DNA from: Elusimicrobiota bacterium
Lineage (GTDB): Bacteria; Elusimicrobiota; Elusimicrobia; UBA1565; UBA9628
Reading direction: 5' to 3'
NCBI GenBank assembly: GCA_016212855.1
Contig: JACRDP010000011.1
Location: 12,120-76,119 of the forward strand
Length of the DNA: 64,000 bases
The notes under the pieces were generated by a model. That model worked only from the letters and a program-made list of their open reading frames with translations, was not told the DNA's origin and ran no database searches. Every line of letters begins with the position of its first letter. Position 1 is the first letter of the stretch. The translations under genes and the position numbers were made by a program. This document shows positions 9,632 through 19,401 of the stretch, piece by piece.

Positions 9632-12334
9632 ATGAAGACCCCCTCTCTCGACAGCTTCAAAGCCCGCAAAACCCTCACCGTCGGCTCGCAGAAGTTCGAC
9701 TACTTCAGCCTCGCGGCGACGGGCTTTGATCTCGCGAAGATGCCGTTCTCGATGAAGATCTTCCTCGAGAACCTCCTGCGCCACGAGGACGGGCTGGTCG
9801 TCAAGAAAGGCGACATCGAGGCCGTCGCGAAGACGATCGGGACCAAGCCCGCCGAGCGCGAGGTGTTCTTCATGCCCGCGCGCGTCGTCATGCAGGACTT
9901 CACCGGCGTGCCCGCCGTCGTCGACTTGGCCGCCATGCGCGACGCGATCAAGAAGCTCGGCGGCGACGCCAGGCGCATCAACCCCTTTCAGCCCGTCGAC
10001 CTCGTCATCGACCACTCCGTCCAGGTGGACTTCTTCGGCGCCTCCGACGCCTTCGACAAGAACTCCGAGCTCGAGTTCGCCCGCAACAAGGAGCGCTACG
10101 CCTTCCTCAAGTGGGGCCAGAAGGCGTTCTCCAATTTTCGCGCCGTCCCTCCCGAGACCGGCATCGTCCACCAGGTCAACCTGGAGTATCTCGCGAAGGT
10201 CGTCTGGACCGACGGCGGCGTCGCGTATCCCGACACCGTCATCGGCACCGACTCGCACACGACCATGATCAACGGCCTCGGCGTCGTGGGCTGGGGCGTG
10301 GGCGGCATCGAGGCCGAGGCCGCCATGCTCGGCCAGGCCATGCCCCTCTTAATTCCCGAGGTCGTCGGCTTTCGCCTGACCGGCAAGCTCGCCGAAGGCG
10401 TCACCGCCACCGACGCGGTGCTCACCGTCACGCAGCAGCTGCGCAAGAAGGGCGTCGTGGGCAAGTTCGTCGAATTTTACGGGCCCGGCGTCGCGGGTCT
10501 GGCGCTGGCCGACCGCGCCATGATCGCCAACATGGCTCCCGAGTACGGCGCCACCGTCGGCTTCTTCCCCGTCGATTCGCGCACGCTCGACTACCTGCGC
10601 GTCTCCGGACGCCCGGAGAACGACATCGCCCTCGTCGAGGCGTACTGCAAGGCGCAGGGACTGTGGCGCGACGACAAGTCCGAGCCCTCCTTCGCCGAAA
10701 CGCTCGAGCTCGACCTCAACTCGATCAAGCCTTGCGTGGCCGGCCCCAAGCGCCCGCAGGACCGCATCGAGCTCGGCAACGTCAAGAAGCAGTGGCTCGC
10801 CACCGATCTGCCCGGCTTCTTAAAGGAGAAAGACAAGAAGGGCAACGTTCCCGCGCCCGCCGGCACGGAAGTTCCCGTCAAGAACTATAAGCTCGGCCAT
10901 GGCGCGGTCACCATCGCCGCGATCACCTCGTGCACGAACACCTCCAACCCCGGCGTCCTCATCGCCGCGGGCCTCGTGGCGAAGAAGGCCGTCGCCAAGG
11001 GACTGACCGTGAAGCCGTGGGTGAAGACGTCGCTCGCTCCGGGCTCCAAGGTCGTCATGGATTATCTGAAGTCCGCGGGCTTGGTCGAGTCGCTCGAGGC
11101 GCTCAATTTCCACCTCGTGGGCTACGGCTGCACGACCTGCATCGGCAATTCCGGTCCTCTGCCCGAGGAAGTCGCTAAAGCCGTTTCTGAAAATAATCTC
11201 GTGGTCTCGGCGGTGATCTCCGGCAACCGCAACTTCGAGGGCCGCGTGAACCCGCTCGTGAAGGCTAACTATCTCGCGTCCCCGCCGCTCGTCGTGGCCT
11301 ACGCCTTGGCGGGCAACGTGGACATCGATCTCGCCACCGGGCCGCTCGGCACGGGCAAAGACGGTAAGCCCGTCTATCTGAAGGACGTCTGGCCCACCAA
11401 CGACGAGGTGTCCGCCGCCGTCGACAAGCACGTCACGCGCGCGACCTTCGTGAAGCAGTACGCGGACGTCTTCGCCGGCGACAAGAACTGGCAGTCGCTC
11501 AACGTCGCGGCCAGCGAAGCGTACTCCTGGGACCCGAAATCCACGTACGTGCGCCTGCCGCCGTACTTCGAGGATCTCTCGCTCAAGCCTCGCGCTCTCG
11601 CCGACATTGTGGGCGCCCGCGCCCTCGCCGTGTTCGGCGACTCGGTGACGACCGACCACATCTCCCCCGCCGGCAACATCGCCAAGGACTCTCCTGCCGG
11701 CCGCTACCTCGAGTCCCAAGGCGTGAAATCCTCCGACTTCAACAGCTACGGCGCGCGCCGCGGCAACCACGAGGTCATGATGCGCGGCACGTTCGCCAAC
11801 ATCCGCATCAAGAACCTAATGCTCAAGGACGTGACGGGCGGCTACACCATGCACATCCCGTCCAAGACCCAGCTGGCGATCTGGGACGCGGCCGAAAAAT
11901 ATATGACCGAAAAGACCCCGCTCATCGTCATCGCGGGCAAGGAATACGGCACCGGCTCCAGCCGCGACTGGGCCGCGAAAGGCCCCGCGCTGCAGGGCGT
12001 GAAGGCCGCGATCGCGCAAAGCTTCGAGCGCATCCATCGCTCAAACCTCGTCGGGATGGGCGTGCTGCCCCTGCAGTTCAAGGATGGGGACTCGGCGCAA
12101 AGCCTCGGACTGACCGGCTACGAGACATTCGAGGTAGTTGGGTTACCCACCGTCAAGCCGCGGTCGGAACTCATCGTTCGAACGACGAACGATGACGGTA
12201 AGACGACCGAATTTAAGGTCATTTGTCGTATCGACACCCCGATCGAGCTCGAGTACTACCGCTACGGCGGGGTGCTGCGCTTCGTTCTCGGCCAGATGCT
12301 GGCCGGGACCGGCAAGACCCCCGTAGCGGCGTAA
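9632..12334 (+). CDS. acnA: Aconitate hydratase A
   Basis: Full-length aconitase/IRP family protein (IGTDSHTTM, NTSNP, CTTCIGNSG, GSSRDWAAKG). Start set at ATG 9632, preceded by SD AAGGAG. Confidence 0.95.
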   Translation: MKTPSLDSFKARKTLTVGSQKFDYFSLAATGFDLAKMPFSMKIFLENLLRHEDGLVVKKGDIEAVAKTIGTKPAEREVFFMPARVVMQDFTGVPAVVDLAAMRDAIKKLGGDARRINPFQPVDLVIDHSVQVDFFGASDAFDKNSELEFARNKERYAFLKWGQKAFSNFRAVPPETGIVHQVNLEYLAKVVWTDGGVAYPDTVIGTDSHTTMINGLGVVGWGVGGIEAEAAMLGQAMPLLIPEVVGFRLTGKLAEGVTATDAVLTVTQQLRKKGVVGKFVEFYGPGVAGLALADRAMIANMAPEYGATVGFFPVDSRTLDYLRVSGRPENDIALVEAYCKAQGLWRDDKSEPSFAETLELDLNSIKPCVAGPKRPQDRIELGNVKKQWLATDLPGFLKEKDKKGNVPAPAGTEVPVKNYKLGHGAVTIAAITSCTNTSNPGVLIAAGLVAKKAVAKGLTVKPWVKTSLAPGSKVVMDYLKSAGLVESLEALNFHLVGYGCTTCIGNSGPLPEEVAKAVSENNLVVSAVISGNRNFEGRVNPLVKANYLASPPLVVAYALAGNVDIDLATGPLGTGKDGKPVYLKDVWPTNDEVSAAVDKHVTRATFVKQYADVFAGDKNWQSLNVAASEAYSWDPKSTYVRLPPYFEDLSLKPRALADIVGARALAVFGDSVTTDHISPAGNIAKDSPAGRYLESQGVKSSDFNSYGARRGNHEVMMRGTFANIRIKNLMLKDVTGGYTMHIPSKTQLAIWDAAEKYMTEKTPLIVIAGKEYGTGSSRDWAAKGPALQGVKAAIAQSFERIHRSNLVGMGVLPLQFKDGDSAQSLGLTGYETFEVVGLPTVKPRSELIVRTTNDDGKTTEFKVICRIDTPIELEYYRYGGVLRFVLGQMLAGTGKTPVAA

Positions 12335-12360
12335 GGCTCAACGCGAAGCCCCGCCCCCCC

Positions 12361-12389
12361 TTGCGGGAAGTTCTGTTGCGTGGTATCCT
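12361..12389 (+). promoter_or_regulatory. Leaderless-type promoter TTGCGG-17-TATCCT heading the efflux operon
   Basis: TTGCGG at 12361-12366, 17 nt spacer, TATCCT at 12384-12389, then 6 nt to the ATG at 12396. Confidence 0.45.
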
Positions 12390-12395
12390 GTCGTG

Positions 12396-12749
12396 ATGGC
12401 ACGCAAAGCCTTCGGCCTGCTGCTGACCGTCGCCCTGTCCTTCTCCTGGGCGGGGCCGCTTTGCGCCGAGTCCGGCGTTCAGAGCCATGCCTGTTGCGTG
12501 AACGGCGCAGCGCCGATGTCCGCGCCCGATGACAGCCAGGCCCCGGCCTGCTGCCGCGCCTCCGATGCCTTGCCTCAGGGCTTAGCCACGGCGGTTTCAG
12601 CTCCCGCGCCGGCGCTTCTGTCTTCCTGCGCGCTCGCCGCCGAGCCGACCGTCGTTTTCCGCGGCGTCGCGCCGCGCTTCGTGCCCGCCGCCCCGCAGGC
12701 GCCGCCCGGGACGCACTCCGGGCTGTCGCCGCCTTCCTCCGGACTGTAA
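12396..12749 (+). CDS. Small secreted Cys-rich hypothetical protein; first gene of the RND efflux operon
   Basis: Signal peptide (FGLLLTVALSFSWAGPLCA). Two CC pairs are present (SHACCVNG and APACCRAS). No family recognised. Confidence 0.45.
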   Translation: MARKAFGLLLTVALSFSWAGPLCAESGVQSHACCVNGAAPMSAPDDSQAPACCRASDALPQGLATAVSAPAPALLSSCALAAEPTVVFRGVAPRFVPAAPQAPPGTHSGLSPPSSGL

Positions 12750-12806
12750 GGTCCGCCGTTCGCCCGCGTTCTAAGGGCGATCCAGCTAGTCTTTTCCGGA
12801 GGAACC

Positions 12807-14039
12807 GTGTTTCAACTAATCGTCGCCGTCCTATCCCTTGTTACGGCCGTCCCGTCGCGCGCGGAAGCGCCCGCCGCCCTGACCTTGCCCGCCGCGCTTG
12901 AGGCCGCGCGCCGCGACGCGCCGTCGGTGCGCGCCGCGGCGATGCACCGCGAAGCGGAACGCGTCCTCGTCAGAAGCGAGGCTACGCCCGACAAGCCCGT
13001 GCTCGAACTCGAGCGCGAGCGCGGACCCGTGGGGAGCAGCGCGCTCAACGGCCCCGAGAAGTCCTGGTCGGTGAGCCAGCAGCTGCCCTTTCCGACGACC
13101 TTGTTCTACCGAGGACGCGCCGCCGCGCGCGAGGCCGACGCCGCCGCCGCGATGTCGCGCCGCGCCGTCATCGAGGCCACGGCCCGGGCGCGCGAAGCCT
13201 ATGCCGGTCTGTACGAGGCCGAGCGCTCGCTCGCCCTGCTCGATGAGATCGTCGAGCTCCTGCGCCGCTTCGCGCGCGTCGCGGAATCCAAGTACGCGGC
13301 GGGCAAGGGAACGCAGGCCGACGCGATGAAGGCTCAGCTGGAGCTGTCCCGGATGCTCAACGAGAAGGCGCTGGCCGAGGCGTCCGTCGAGAGCGCGCGC
13401 GGCGCGCTCAACGCCGCGATGGGGCGGGAGGAGGACAGCGCGCTGTCCGTCCCGGCGGCGCCATTGTCTCCGATGCCCGAGGCCTCGTGGGCCGAATTGC
13501 GCGCGATCGCGTTGTCCGAGAACCCGGCGCTGGCGGCCGCCGGTTACGAAAGCGAAAAGGCCCGCGCCGAGCTGGGCATGAAGCGCTCGGAGTGGCTGCC
13601 GGATATTTCGCTGCGCTACCGCCGGCGCGTCGAGAACGGCCTGCGTTCGCACGACGCTTCCCTGGGATTTTCAGTGCCCCTCTGGTTCTGGAAACAGGCC
13701 GCGACGGCGTCGCACGCCGGTTATGAAGCGCGCTACGCCGAGGCCGTGCGCGACGGCGAGAGGCTGGACACGCTTGCCGGCCTGCGCGCCGCGTACGCCT
13801 TCGCCCGGACGGAAGCGCGTCTGCGCGAGGCGTACCGCACCACGGTGATCCCACAGGCGGAGGCGGCGCTGCGCTCGGCGGAGGCGGCGTATCAGGCGGA
13901 CCGGGCGAGCTTTCTCGACCTGCTCGACGCGGGGCGTTCGCTCGTGACCGCGCGTCTGGAGTCGGTCCGGCACGAGGCGGATTTTGAACGGGCATTGGCG
14001 GCGCTGTCGCGGTCCGTCGGGCGAGAGACGGTTCCCTAG
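12807..14039 (+). CDS. TolC-family outer-membrane efflux protein (CusC-like)
   Basis: 410 aa with two repeated alpha-helical/OEP halves, directly upstream of the adaptor and RND pump. GTG start with SD GGAGGA. Confidence 0.85.
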   Translation: MFQLIVAVLSLVTAVPSRAEAPAALTLPAALEAARRDAPSVRAAAMHREAERVLVRSEATPDKPVLELERERGPVGSSALNGPEKSWSVSQQLPFPTTLFYRGRAAAREADAAAAMSRRAVIEATARAREAYAGLYEAERSLALLDEIVELLRRFARVAESKYAAGKGTQADAMKAQLELSRMLNEKALAEASVESARGALNAAMGREEDSALSVPAAPLSPMPEASWAELRAIALSENPALAAAGYESEKARAELGMKRSEWLPDISLRYRRRVENGLRSHDASLGFSVPLWFWKQAATASHAGYEARYAEAVRDGERLDTLAGLRAAYAFARTEARLREAYRTTVIPQAEAALRSAEAAYQADRASFLDLLDAGRSLVTARLESVRHEADFERALAALSRSVGRETVP

Positions 14040-14044
14040 AGGAT

Positions 14045-15334
14045 ATGAATATGAATAAAAAAATATTGATCGCGGGTCTCGTCGTCCTGGCGGGCGCGGG
14101 CGCCGCGTCTCTCGTTTATCGCCGCGGTTCTTCGCCGCACGAGGCGCACCAGACGGCCGGCTACCATTGTCCGATGCATCCCAGCTACACATCGGCCAAT
14201 CCGGGAGACTGCCCCATCTGCGGCATGCAGCTCGTTGCCATCGAGCCCTCGGCGGCGACGGCTTCCGCCGCGACGACGGGAAAATCGATGTGCGTTCTGC
14301 ACAAGTGCACGATGGCGAACTGCAAAATGGAACTGCCCCTGGCGCCGGGGGAAACGGTGACCTGCCCCGTCTGCGGCACGCACACCGCGCCCGCCGCCGG
14401 CGCGGCCGGGAAGATCCTCTACTACCGCAACCCCATGAATCCGGCGGCGACTTCTCCGACGCCCATGAAAGACTCGATGGGCATGGACTACATCCCGGTT
14501 TACGCGGAAGCAGGCTCGCAGACGGCCGTCTCCGGACAGGCCTCGACCGTCATCTCCGCGCAGAAGCGTCGACTCATCGGCATGAAAACCGAGGCGGTCG
14601 CCAAGCGCCGGCTCAAGTTCACCGTGCGAGCCTCGGGCAATGTGGCTCACGATCCGGATCTGTACAACGCCATCGCCGAACATCACAGCGCCCTGGTCGC
14701 GCGTACCGGAGTCAAGGACAGCCCCTGGCCCGACGCCCGCGAGCGCGCCGAGGCCTTGGTGCGCGCCTCGTCCTTGCGCCTGCGCCAGCTCGGGCTGTCC
14801 GAAGCGCAGATCGCGGCGTATACCGGCCACGAGGCCTCACCGACCAATCTTCTCATCGGCGGCGCGGACGGATTCGTGTGGGTGTACGCTCAGATCTACG
14901 AGTATGAAATCTCCTCGGTCCGTCCCGGCCTGGAAGCGGAAATCACCACCCCCGCCTATCCCGGCCGGGTTTTCCGCGGCACGGTCAAGGCGGTCGACGC
15001 GAATCTGTCGCCCGAGACCCGGTCGCTGCGCGTGCGCATCGCGGTCCCCAATCCGGGCGGCCTGCTCAAGCTCGAGATGTTCGTCAACGCCGCCATCAAG
15101 GCGGATCTGGGCACGGTGCTCGCCTTGCCCGAAAGCGCGCTGCTCGACAGCGGCGCGCGCAAGCTCGTCTTCGTCGATCTGGGGGAGGGCCGCATCGAGC
15201 CTCGCGAGGTTCGCGTGGGCCGCGAGGCCGACGGCTACTATGAGCTCCTGTCGGGCGTGCGCGAGGGCGAGACAGTGGTGACGACCGCCAATTTCCTCAT
15301 CGACTCCGAGTCGAAGCTGAAGGCGCTGCGATGA
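14045..15334 (+). CDS. cusB: RND efflux periplasmic adaptor (CusB-like) with N-terminal Cys-rich heavy-metal-binding ribbons
   Basis: YHCPMHP...CPICGM, then CVLHKCTMANC...CPVCG, then the YYRNPMNP motif and HlyD/CusB-type beta-barrel regions. Confidence 0.9.
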   Translation: MNMNKKILIAGLVVLAGAGAASLVYRRGSSPHEAHQTAGYHCPMHPSYTSANPGDCPICGMQLVAIEPSAATASAATTGKSMCVLHKCTMANCKMELPLAPGETVTCPVCGTHTAPAAGAAGKILYYRNPMNPAATSPTPMKDSMGMDYIPVYAEAGSQTAVSGQASTVISAQKRRLIGMKTEAVAKRRLKFTVRASGNVAHDPDLYNAIAEHHSALVARTGVKDSPWPDARERAEALVRASSLRLRQLGLSEAQIAAYTGHEASPTNLLIGGADGFVWVYAQIYEYEISSVRPGLEAEITTPAYPGRVFRGTVKAVDANLSPETRSLRVRIAVPNPGGLLKLEMFVNAAIKADLGTVLALPESALLDSGARKLVFVDLGEGRIEPREVRVGREADGYYELLSGVREGETVVTTANFLIDSESKLKALR

Positions 15335-18300
15335 TCAAAAAAACGATCGCCTGGTCGGCGCACAACAAGTTCCTGGTTCTGGCTCTGACGGGCGTGGCCA
15401 TGGCGGCGGGCTGGTACTGCATGAAGAACATGCGGCTTGACGCGATCCCGGATCTGTCGGACACGCAGGTCATCGTCTACTCGCGCTGGGACCGCTCGCC
15501 GGACATCATCGAGGACCAGGTCACCTATCCGATCGTCACCGCGCTTCTGGGCGCGCCGAACGTCAAGGCCGTGCGCGGATTCTCCGACTTCGGCTTCTCC
15601 TACGTCTACGTGATTTTTCAGGACGGCACCGACATTTACTGGGCGCGTTCGAGGGTGCTCGAGTACCTGAGCAAAATTCAGTCGCAGCTGCCCGAGGGCG
15701 TGCGCACCGAGCTGGGTCCCGACGCCACGGGCGTGGGTTGGGTCTATCAATACGCCTTGGTCGACCGGACCGGCCGTCACAGCCTCGCGGATATTCGATC
15801 CTTTCAGGACTGGAACCTGCGCTATCACCTGCAGGCGGTCCCCGGCGTGGCCGAGGTCGCCTCCATCGGCGGCTTCCAGAAGCAGTACCAGGTCCAGGTC
15901 GACCCCAACGCGCTCTCCGCGTATCGCATTCCTCTGGCCAAGGTCGTCGACGCGGTCCGCGACGGCAACAACGACGTCGGCGGCCGCCTCGTCGAATTCG
16001 GAGGCGCGGAGTACATGATCCGCGGCCGCGGCTACGCCAAGTCGGTGGAGGACCTCGAGCAGATCGTCGTCGGCCGCGACAAGAAAGGCACGCCCGTGCT
16101 CGTGCGCAGCGTCGCCAAGGTGACCTTGGGCCCGGACATCCGGCGCGGCGTGGCCGACCTCGACGGCGAGGGCGACACGGTCGGGGGAATCGTCGTCATC
16201 CGCCACGGGGAGAACGCGCTGCGCGTCATCGAGAAGGTCAAGGCGCGCCTGGCCGAGCTTAAGCCCTCCTTGCCCGAGGGCGTCGAAGTCGTCGTGACCT
16301 ACGACCGCTCCACCTTGATCGAAGGCGCCATCGCGACTCTGAAGCACGAGCTCTTCACTCAGATGCTGCTGGTCAGCCTCGTCCTGCTCGTCTTCCTCTG
16401 GCATATTCCATCGGCGATCGTGCCGATCGTGACGATTCCGATATCGACCTTGTTGGCCTTCATTCCCCTGTATTTCATGGGTGTCAGCGCCAACATCATG
16501 TCGATCGCCGGGATCATGCTCTCCGTGGGCGTGCTCGTGGACGGCTCGATGGTGGAAGTCGAGAACGCGTATAAAAAACTTCAGCTCTGGGACGCCGGCG
16601 GCCGCAAGGGCGACTACCACGCCGTGCGTCTGCAGGCCATGCAGGAGGTCGGTCCTTCGGTGTTCTACTCCTTGCTCATCGTGGCGGTGGCCTTCCTGCC
16701 GATCTTCGCGCTCGTCGATCAAGAGGGCCGCTTATTCAAACCGCTGGCCTATACGAAGAACCTGACCATGTTCCTCGCGGCGTTTCTCGCGGTGACCTTG
16801 GATCCGGCGGTGCGGATGATGTTCTCGCGCATGGATTTTTTCGTGTTCAAGCCGAACTGGCTGGCGTGGACGGTCAACCAAACCCTCGTCGGGCGCTACT
16901 ACGCGGAAGAAAAGCATCCGATCAGCAAGGGCCTGTTCCGGCTCTACGATCCGGTCTGCCGCTGGGTGCTCGAGCGGCCGTGGAAGGTGATCGGCACCGC
17001 CGCGCTCGTCACCTTGGCGACCGTCCCGATCTACCTTCGGCTCGGCTCCGAGTTCATGCCCCCGCTCAACGAAGGGACGATGCTGTACATGCCCACCACC
17101 TTGCCGGGAATTTCGGTGACCCAGGCCGCGGAACTGCTCCAGAAGCAGGACGAGGTGCTCAAAAGCTTCCCCGAGGTGGAGCACGTCTTCGGCAAGGCCG
17201 GGCGCGCGGAGACCTCGACCGACTCGGCCCCGTTCTCGATGATGGAGACGACCGTGCTGCTCAAGCCCCGGGAGCAGTGGCGCGCGGGCATGACCTGGGA
17301 TAAGCTCGTCGCGGAGATGGATCAGCACATGAAGTTCCCGGGGGTGACCAACGCCTGGACCATGCCCATCAAGGCGCGCATCGACATGCTGACCACCGGC
17401 GTGCGCACGCCGATCGGCATCAAGGTCCAGGGCGCCGACTTAGCCGAGATCGAAGCGCTCGGCATGAAGGTCGAGACCGCCCTGCGCGATGTTTCCGGGA
17501 CGCGGTCGGTCTACGCCGAGCGCACGGCCGGAGGCTACTACGTCGATTTCCGTCTCAAGCGCGATCAGCTGGCGCGCTACGGCCTGTCCGTGAAGGAAGT
17601 CGAGATGGTGATCATGTCGGCCATCGGCGGCGAGCCGGTGACGGTGACGGTCGAGGGCCGCGAGCGTTACGGCGTCAGCGTCCGCTATCCGCGCGAGCTG
17701 CGCGACAATCTCCCGAAGCTTCGCCGCGTGCTCGTCTCCACGATGGACGGCGCGCAGATTCCCTTGGCGCAACTCGCCGACATCGAGCTGACGATGGGTC
17801 CGGCGATGATCCGCAACGAGAACGGCCTGCTCACCGGCTACGTCTACGTGGACGTCGCCGGACGCGACATCGGCAGCTACGTCGACGAGGCGAAGAAGAA
17901 GGTCGCCGCCGAAGTCGTCATGCCGGCAGGCTACGCCCTCCGGTGGAGCGGCCAATACGAAAATATGGCCCGCGTGCGCGAGAAGATGGCGCTGCTGCTG
18001 CCGCTGACTCTGGTCGGCATCATCCTGCTCATGTACATGAACACCAAGTCCTGGGCCAAAACGGGAATCGTCATGCTGGCGGTCCCGTTCTCGCTCATCG
18101 GCGCCTTCTGGGGCTTCTACCTCCTCGACTACAACCTCTCGGTAGCGGCCTGGGTGGGCATGATCGCGCTGATGGGCCTCGACGCGGAGACGGGGACCTT
18201 CATGCTCCTCTATCTCGATCTAGCCTACGCCGACGCGGTGCGCGAGGGCCGGATGCGGACCTTCGACGATCTGAAGGAAGCGGTGGTTCATGGCGCGGTC

Positions 18301-18552
18301 AAACGCATCCGTCCCAAGATGATGACGGTGTTCACGGACTTCCTCGGCCTGATGCCGGTGATGTGGGCGGTCGGCACCGGCTCCGATTTAATGAAGCGCA
18401 TCGCCGCGCCCATCATCTTCGGCCTATTCACGAGTTTTACGATGGAGCTGGTCGTCTACCCCGCGATCTATCTTTTGTGGAAGTGGCATGGCGACATGAA
18501 AAAGGGCGCCGTCGTGCCTCATGCCGACGCTTTGCAGGTTATGCAGGACTAG
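15331..18552 (+). CDS. cusA: Heavy-metal efflux RND transporter, CusA/CzcA family
   Basis: 1073 aa with 12-TM RND architecture. It shares a 4-nt overlap with the adaptor gene and the sequence is typical of the HME-RND family. Confidence 0.95.
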   Translation: MIKKTIAWSAHNKFLVLALTGVAMAAGWYCMKNMRLDAIPDLSDTQVIVYSRWDRSPDIIEDQVTYPIVTALLGAPNVKAVRGFSDFGFSYVYVIFQDGTDIYWARSRVLEYLSKIQSQLPEGVRTELGPDATGVGWVYQYALVDRTGRHSLADIRSFQDWNLRYHLQAVPGVAEVASIGGFQKQYQVQVDPNALSAYRIPLAKVVDAVRDGNNDVGGRLVEFGGAEYMIRGRGYAKSVEDLEQIVVGRDKKGTPVLVRSVAKVTLGPDIRRGVADLDGEGDTVGGIVVIRHGENALRVIEKVKARLAELKPSLPEGVEVVVTYDRSTLIEGAIATLKHELFTQMLLVSLVLLVFLWHIPSAIVPIVTIPISTLLAFIPLYFMGVSANIMSIAGIMLSVGVLVDGSMVEVENAYKKLQLWDAGGRKGDYHAVRLQAMQEVGPSVFYSLLIVAVAFLPIFALVDQEGRLFKPLAYTKNLTMFLAAFLAVTLDPAVRMMFSRMDFFVFKPNWLAWTVNQTLVGRYYAEEKHPISKGLFRLYDPVCRWVLERPWKVIGTAALVTLATVPIYLRLGSEFMPPLNEGTMLYMPTTLPGISVTQAAELLQKQDEVLKSFPEVEHVFGKAGRAETSTDSAPFSMMETTVLLKPREQWRAGMTWDKLVAEMDQHMKFPGVTNAWTMPIKARIDMLTTGVRTPIGIKVQGADLAEIEALGMKVETALRDVSGTRSVYAERTAGGYYVDFRLKRDQLARYGLSVKEVEMVIMSAIGGEPVTVTVEGRERYGVSVRYPRELRDNLPKLRRVLVSTMDGAQIPLAQLADIELTMGPAMIRNENGLLTGYVYVDVAGRDIGSYVDEAKKKVAAEVVMPAGYALRWSGQYENMARVREKMALLLPLTLVGIILLMYMNTKSWAKTGIVMLAVPFSLIGAFWGFYLLDYNLSVAAWVGMIALMGLDAETGTFMLLYLDLAYADAVREGRMRTFDDLKEAVVHGAVKRIRPKMMTVFTDFLGLMPVMWAVGTGSDLMKRIAAPIIFGLFTSFTMELVVYPAIYLLWKWHGDMKKGAVVPHADALQVMQD

Positions 18553-18562
18553 GAGAGAAACA

Positions 18563-18937
18563 ATGAGACAACTGACCATCGTCGCACTCGTCGCGGCCGC
18601 CGTCGCCGGAAGCGCCTGGGCCGCCGAAAGCCATATGGACCATTCGGGCAAGGCCGAGACGATCTCGGGCGAAATGCTCGACATGGCCTGCTACATGATG
18701 CACGAAGGCAAGGGCGCCAAGCACGCGAAGTGCGCCGGCGCCTGCGTGACGGGCGGGGCCCCGCTGGGCGTCTTGACCAAGGAAGGGAAGGTCTATCTGG
18801 TCGTAGGCAACCACGAGGACATGAAGCCGTTCGCCGCGGCCAAGGCGCTGGCGGGCGGCAATGCGAAGATCACCGGCACGGTCTTCACGCGCGGGGGCCT
18901 GACGGCCGTCGTCGTGAGCAAGGCGGAGAAGCTGTAA
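18563..18937 (+). CDS. Periplasmic Met/His/Cys-rich hypothetical protein (possible metal-binding accessory)
   Basis: Signal peptide MRQLTIVALVAAAVAGSAWA, then HMDHSGK...EMLDMACYMMHEGKGAKHAKCAGAC. SD AGGAGA upstream. It does not look like OB-fold CusF. Confidence 0.6.
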   Translation: MRQLTIVALVAAAVAGSAWAAESHMDHSGKAETISGEMLDMACYMMHEGKGAKHAKCAGACVTGGAPLGVLTKEGKVYLVVGNHEDMKPFAAAKALAGGNAKITGTVFTRGGLTAVVVSKAEKL

Positions 18938-19384
18938 ATGGAGTTCAAGCTCTACCATCTGCACCCGGCGGCCGTCCACTTTCCGATCGCGTTGCTGGCG
19001 CTCGGGGCGGCGGCCGCCGGACTGCGGCTGCGCAAGCGCGCGCCGGCATGGCTCGCGCAGGCCGAATCATGGCTTCTCTGGCTGGGGACCTTGTCCGCTT
19101 GGACGACGCTCGGCCTGGGGCTGCTCGCGGAGAAGTCGGCGCCTCACGTGCCGCTGGCCTGGGAGGTCCTGGCCGAGCATGAGGAACTGGGCTGGTGGAC
19201 GGCCGCCGTCTTCAGCGCGCTGTCGGGCCTGCGGCTGTTTGCGGTGCGGACCGGGCGCGACGCGGGGAAAGTCCGCGTCGCGCAGGCCCTTCTGTGGGTT
19301 CTCGGCCTTGGAGCACTGGTCGCGACGGCCATGCACGGCGCGGAGTTGGTCTATGGATTCGGCGTGGGCGTGCGGGCGCCCTGA
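18938..19384 (+). CDS. DUF2231-like integral membrane protein
   Basis: HPAAVHFPIALL is the motif I recall as typical of DUF2231. Four hydrophobic segments. The ATG immediately follows the previous stop (TAAATG). Confidence 0.55.
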   Translation: MEFKLYHLHPAAVHFPIALLALGAAAAGLRLRKRAPAWLAQAESWLLWLGTLSAWTTLGLGLLAEKSAPHVPLAWEVLAEHEELGWWTAAVFSALSGLRLFAVRTGRDAGKVRVAQALLWVLGLGALVATAMHGAELVYGFGVGVRAP

Positions 19385-19401
19385 TTCGTGAGGAGAGAAA
19401 A

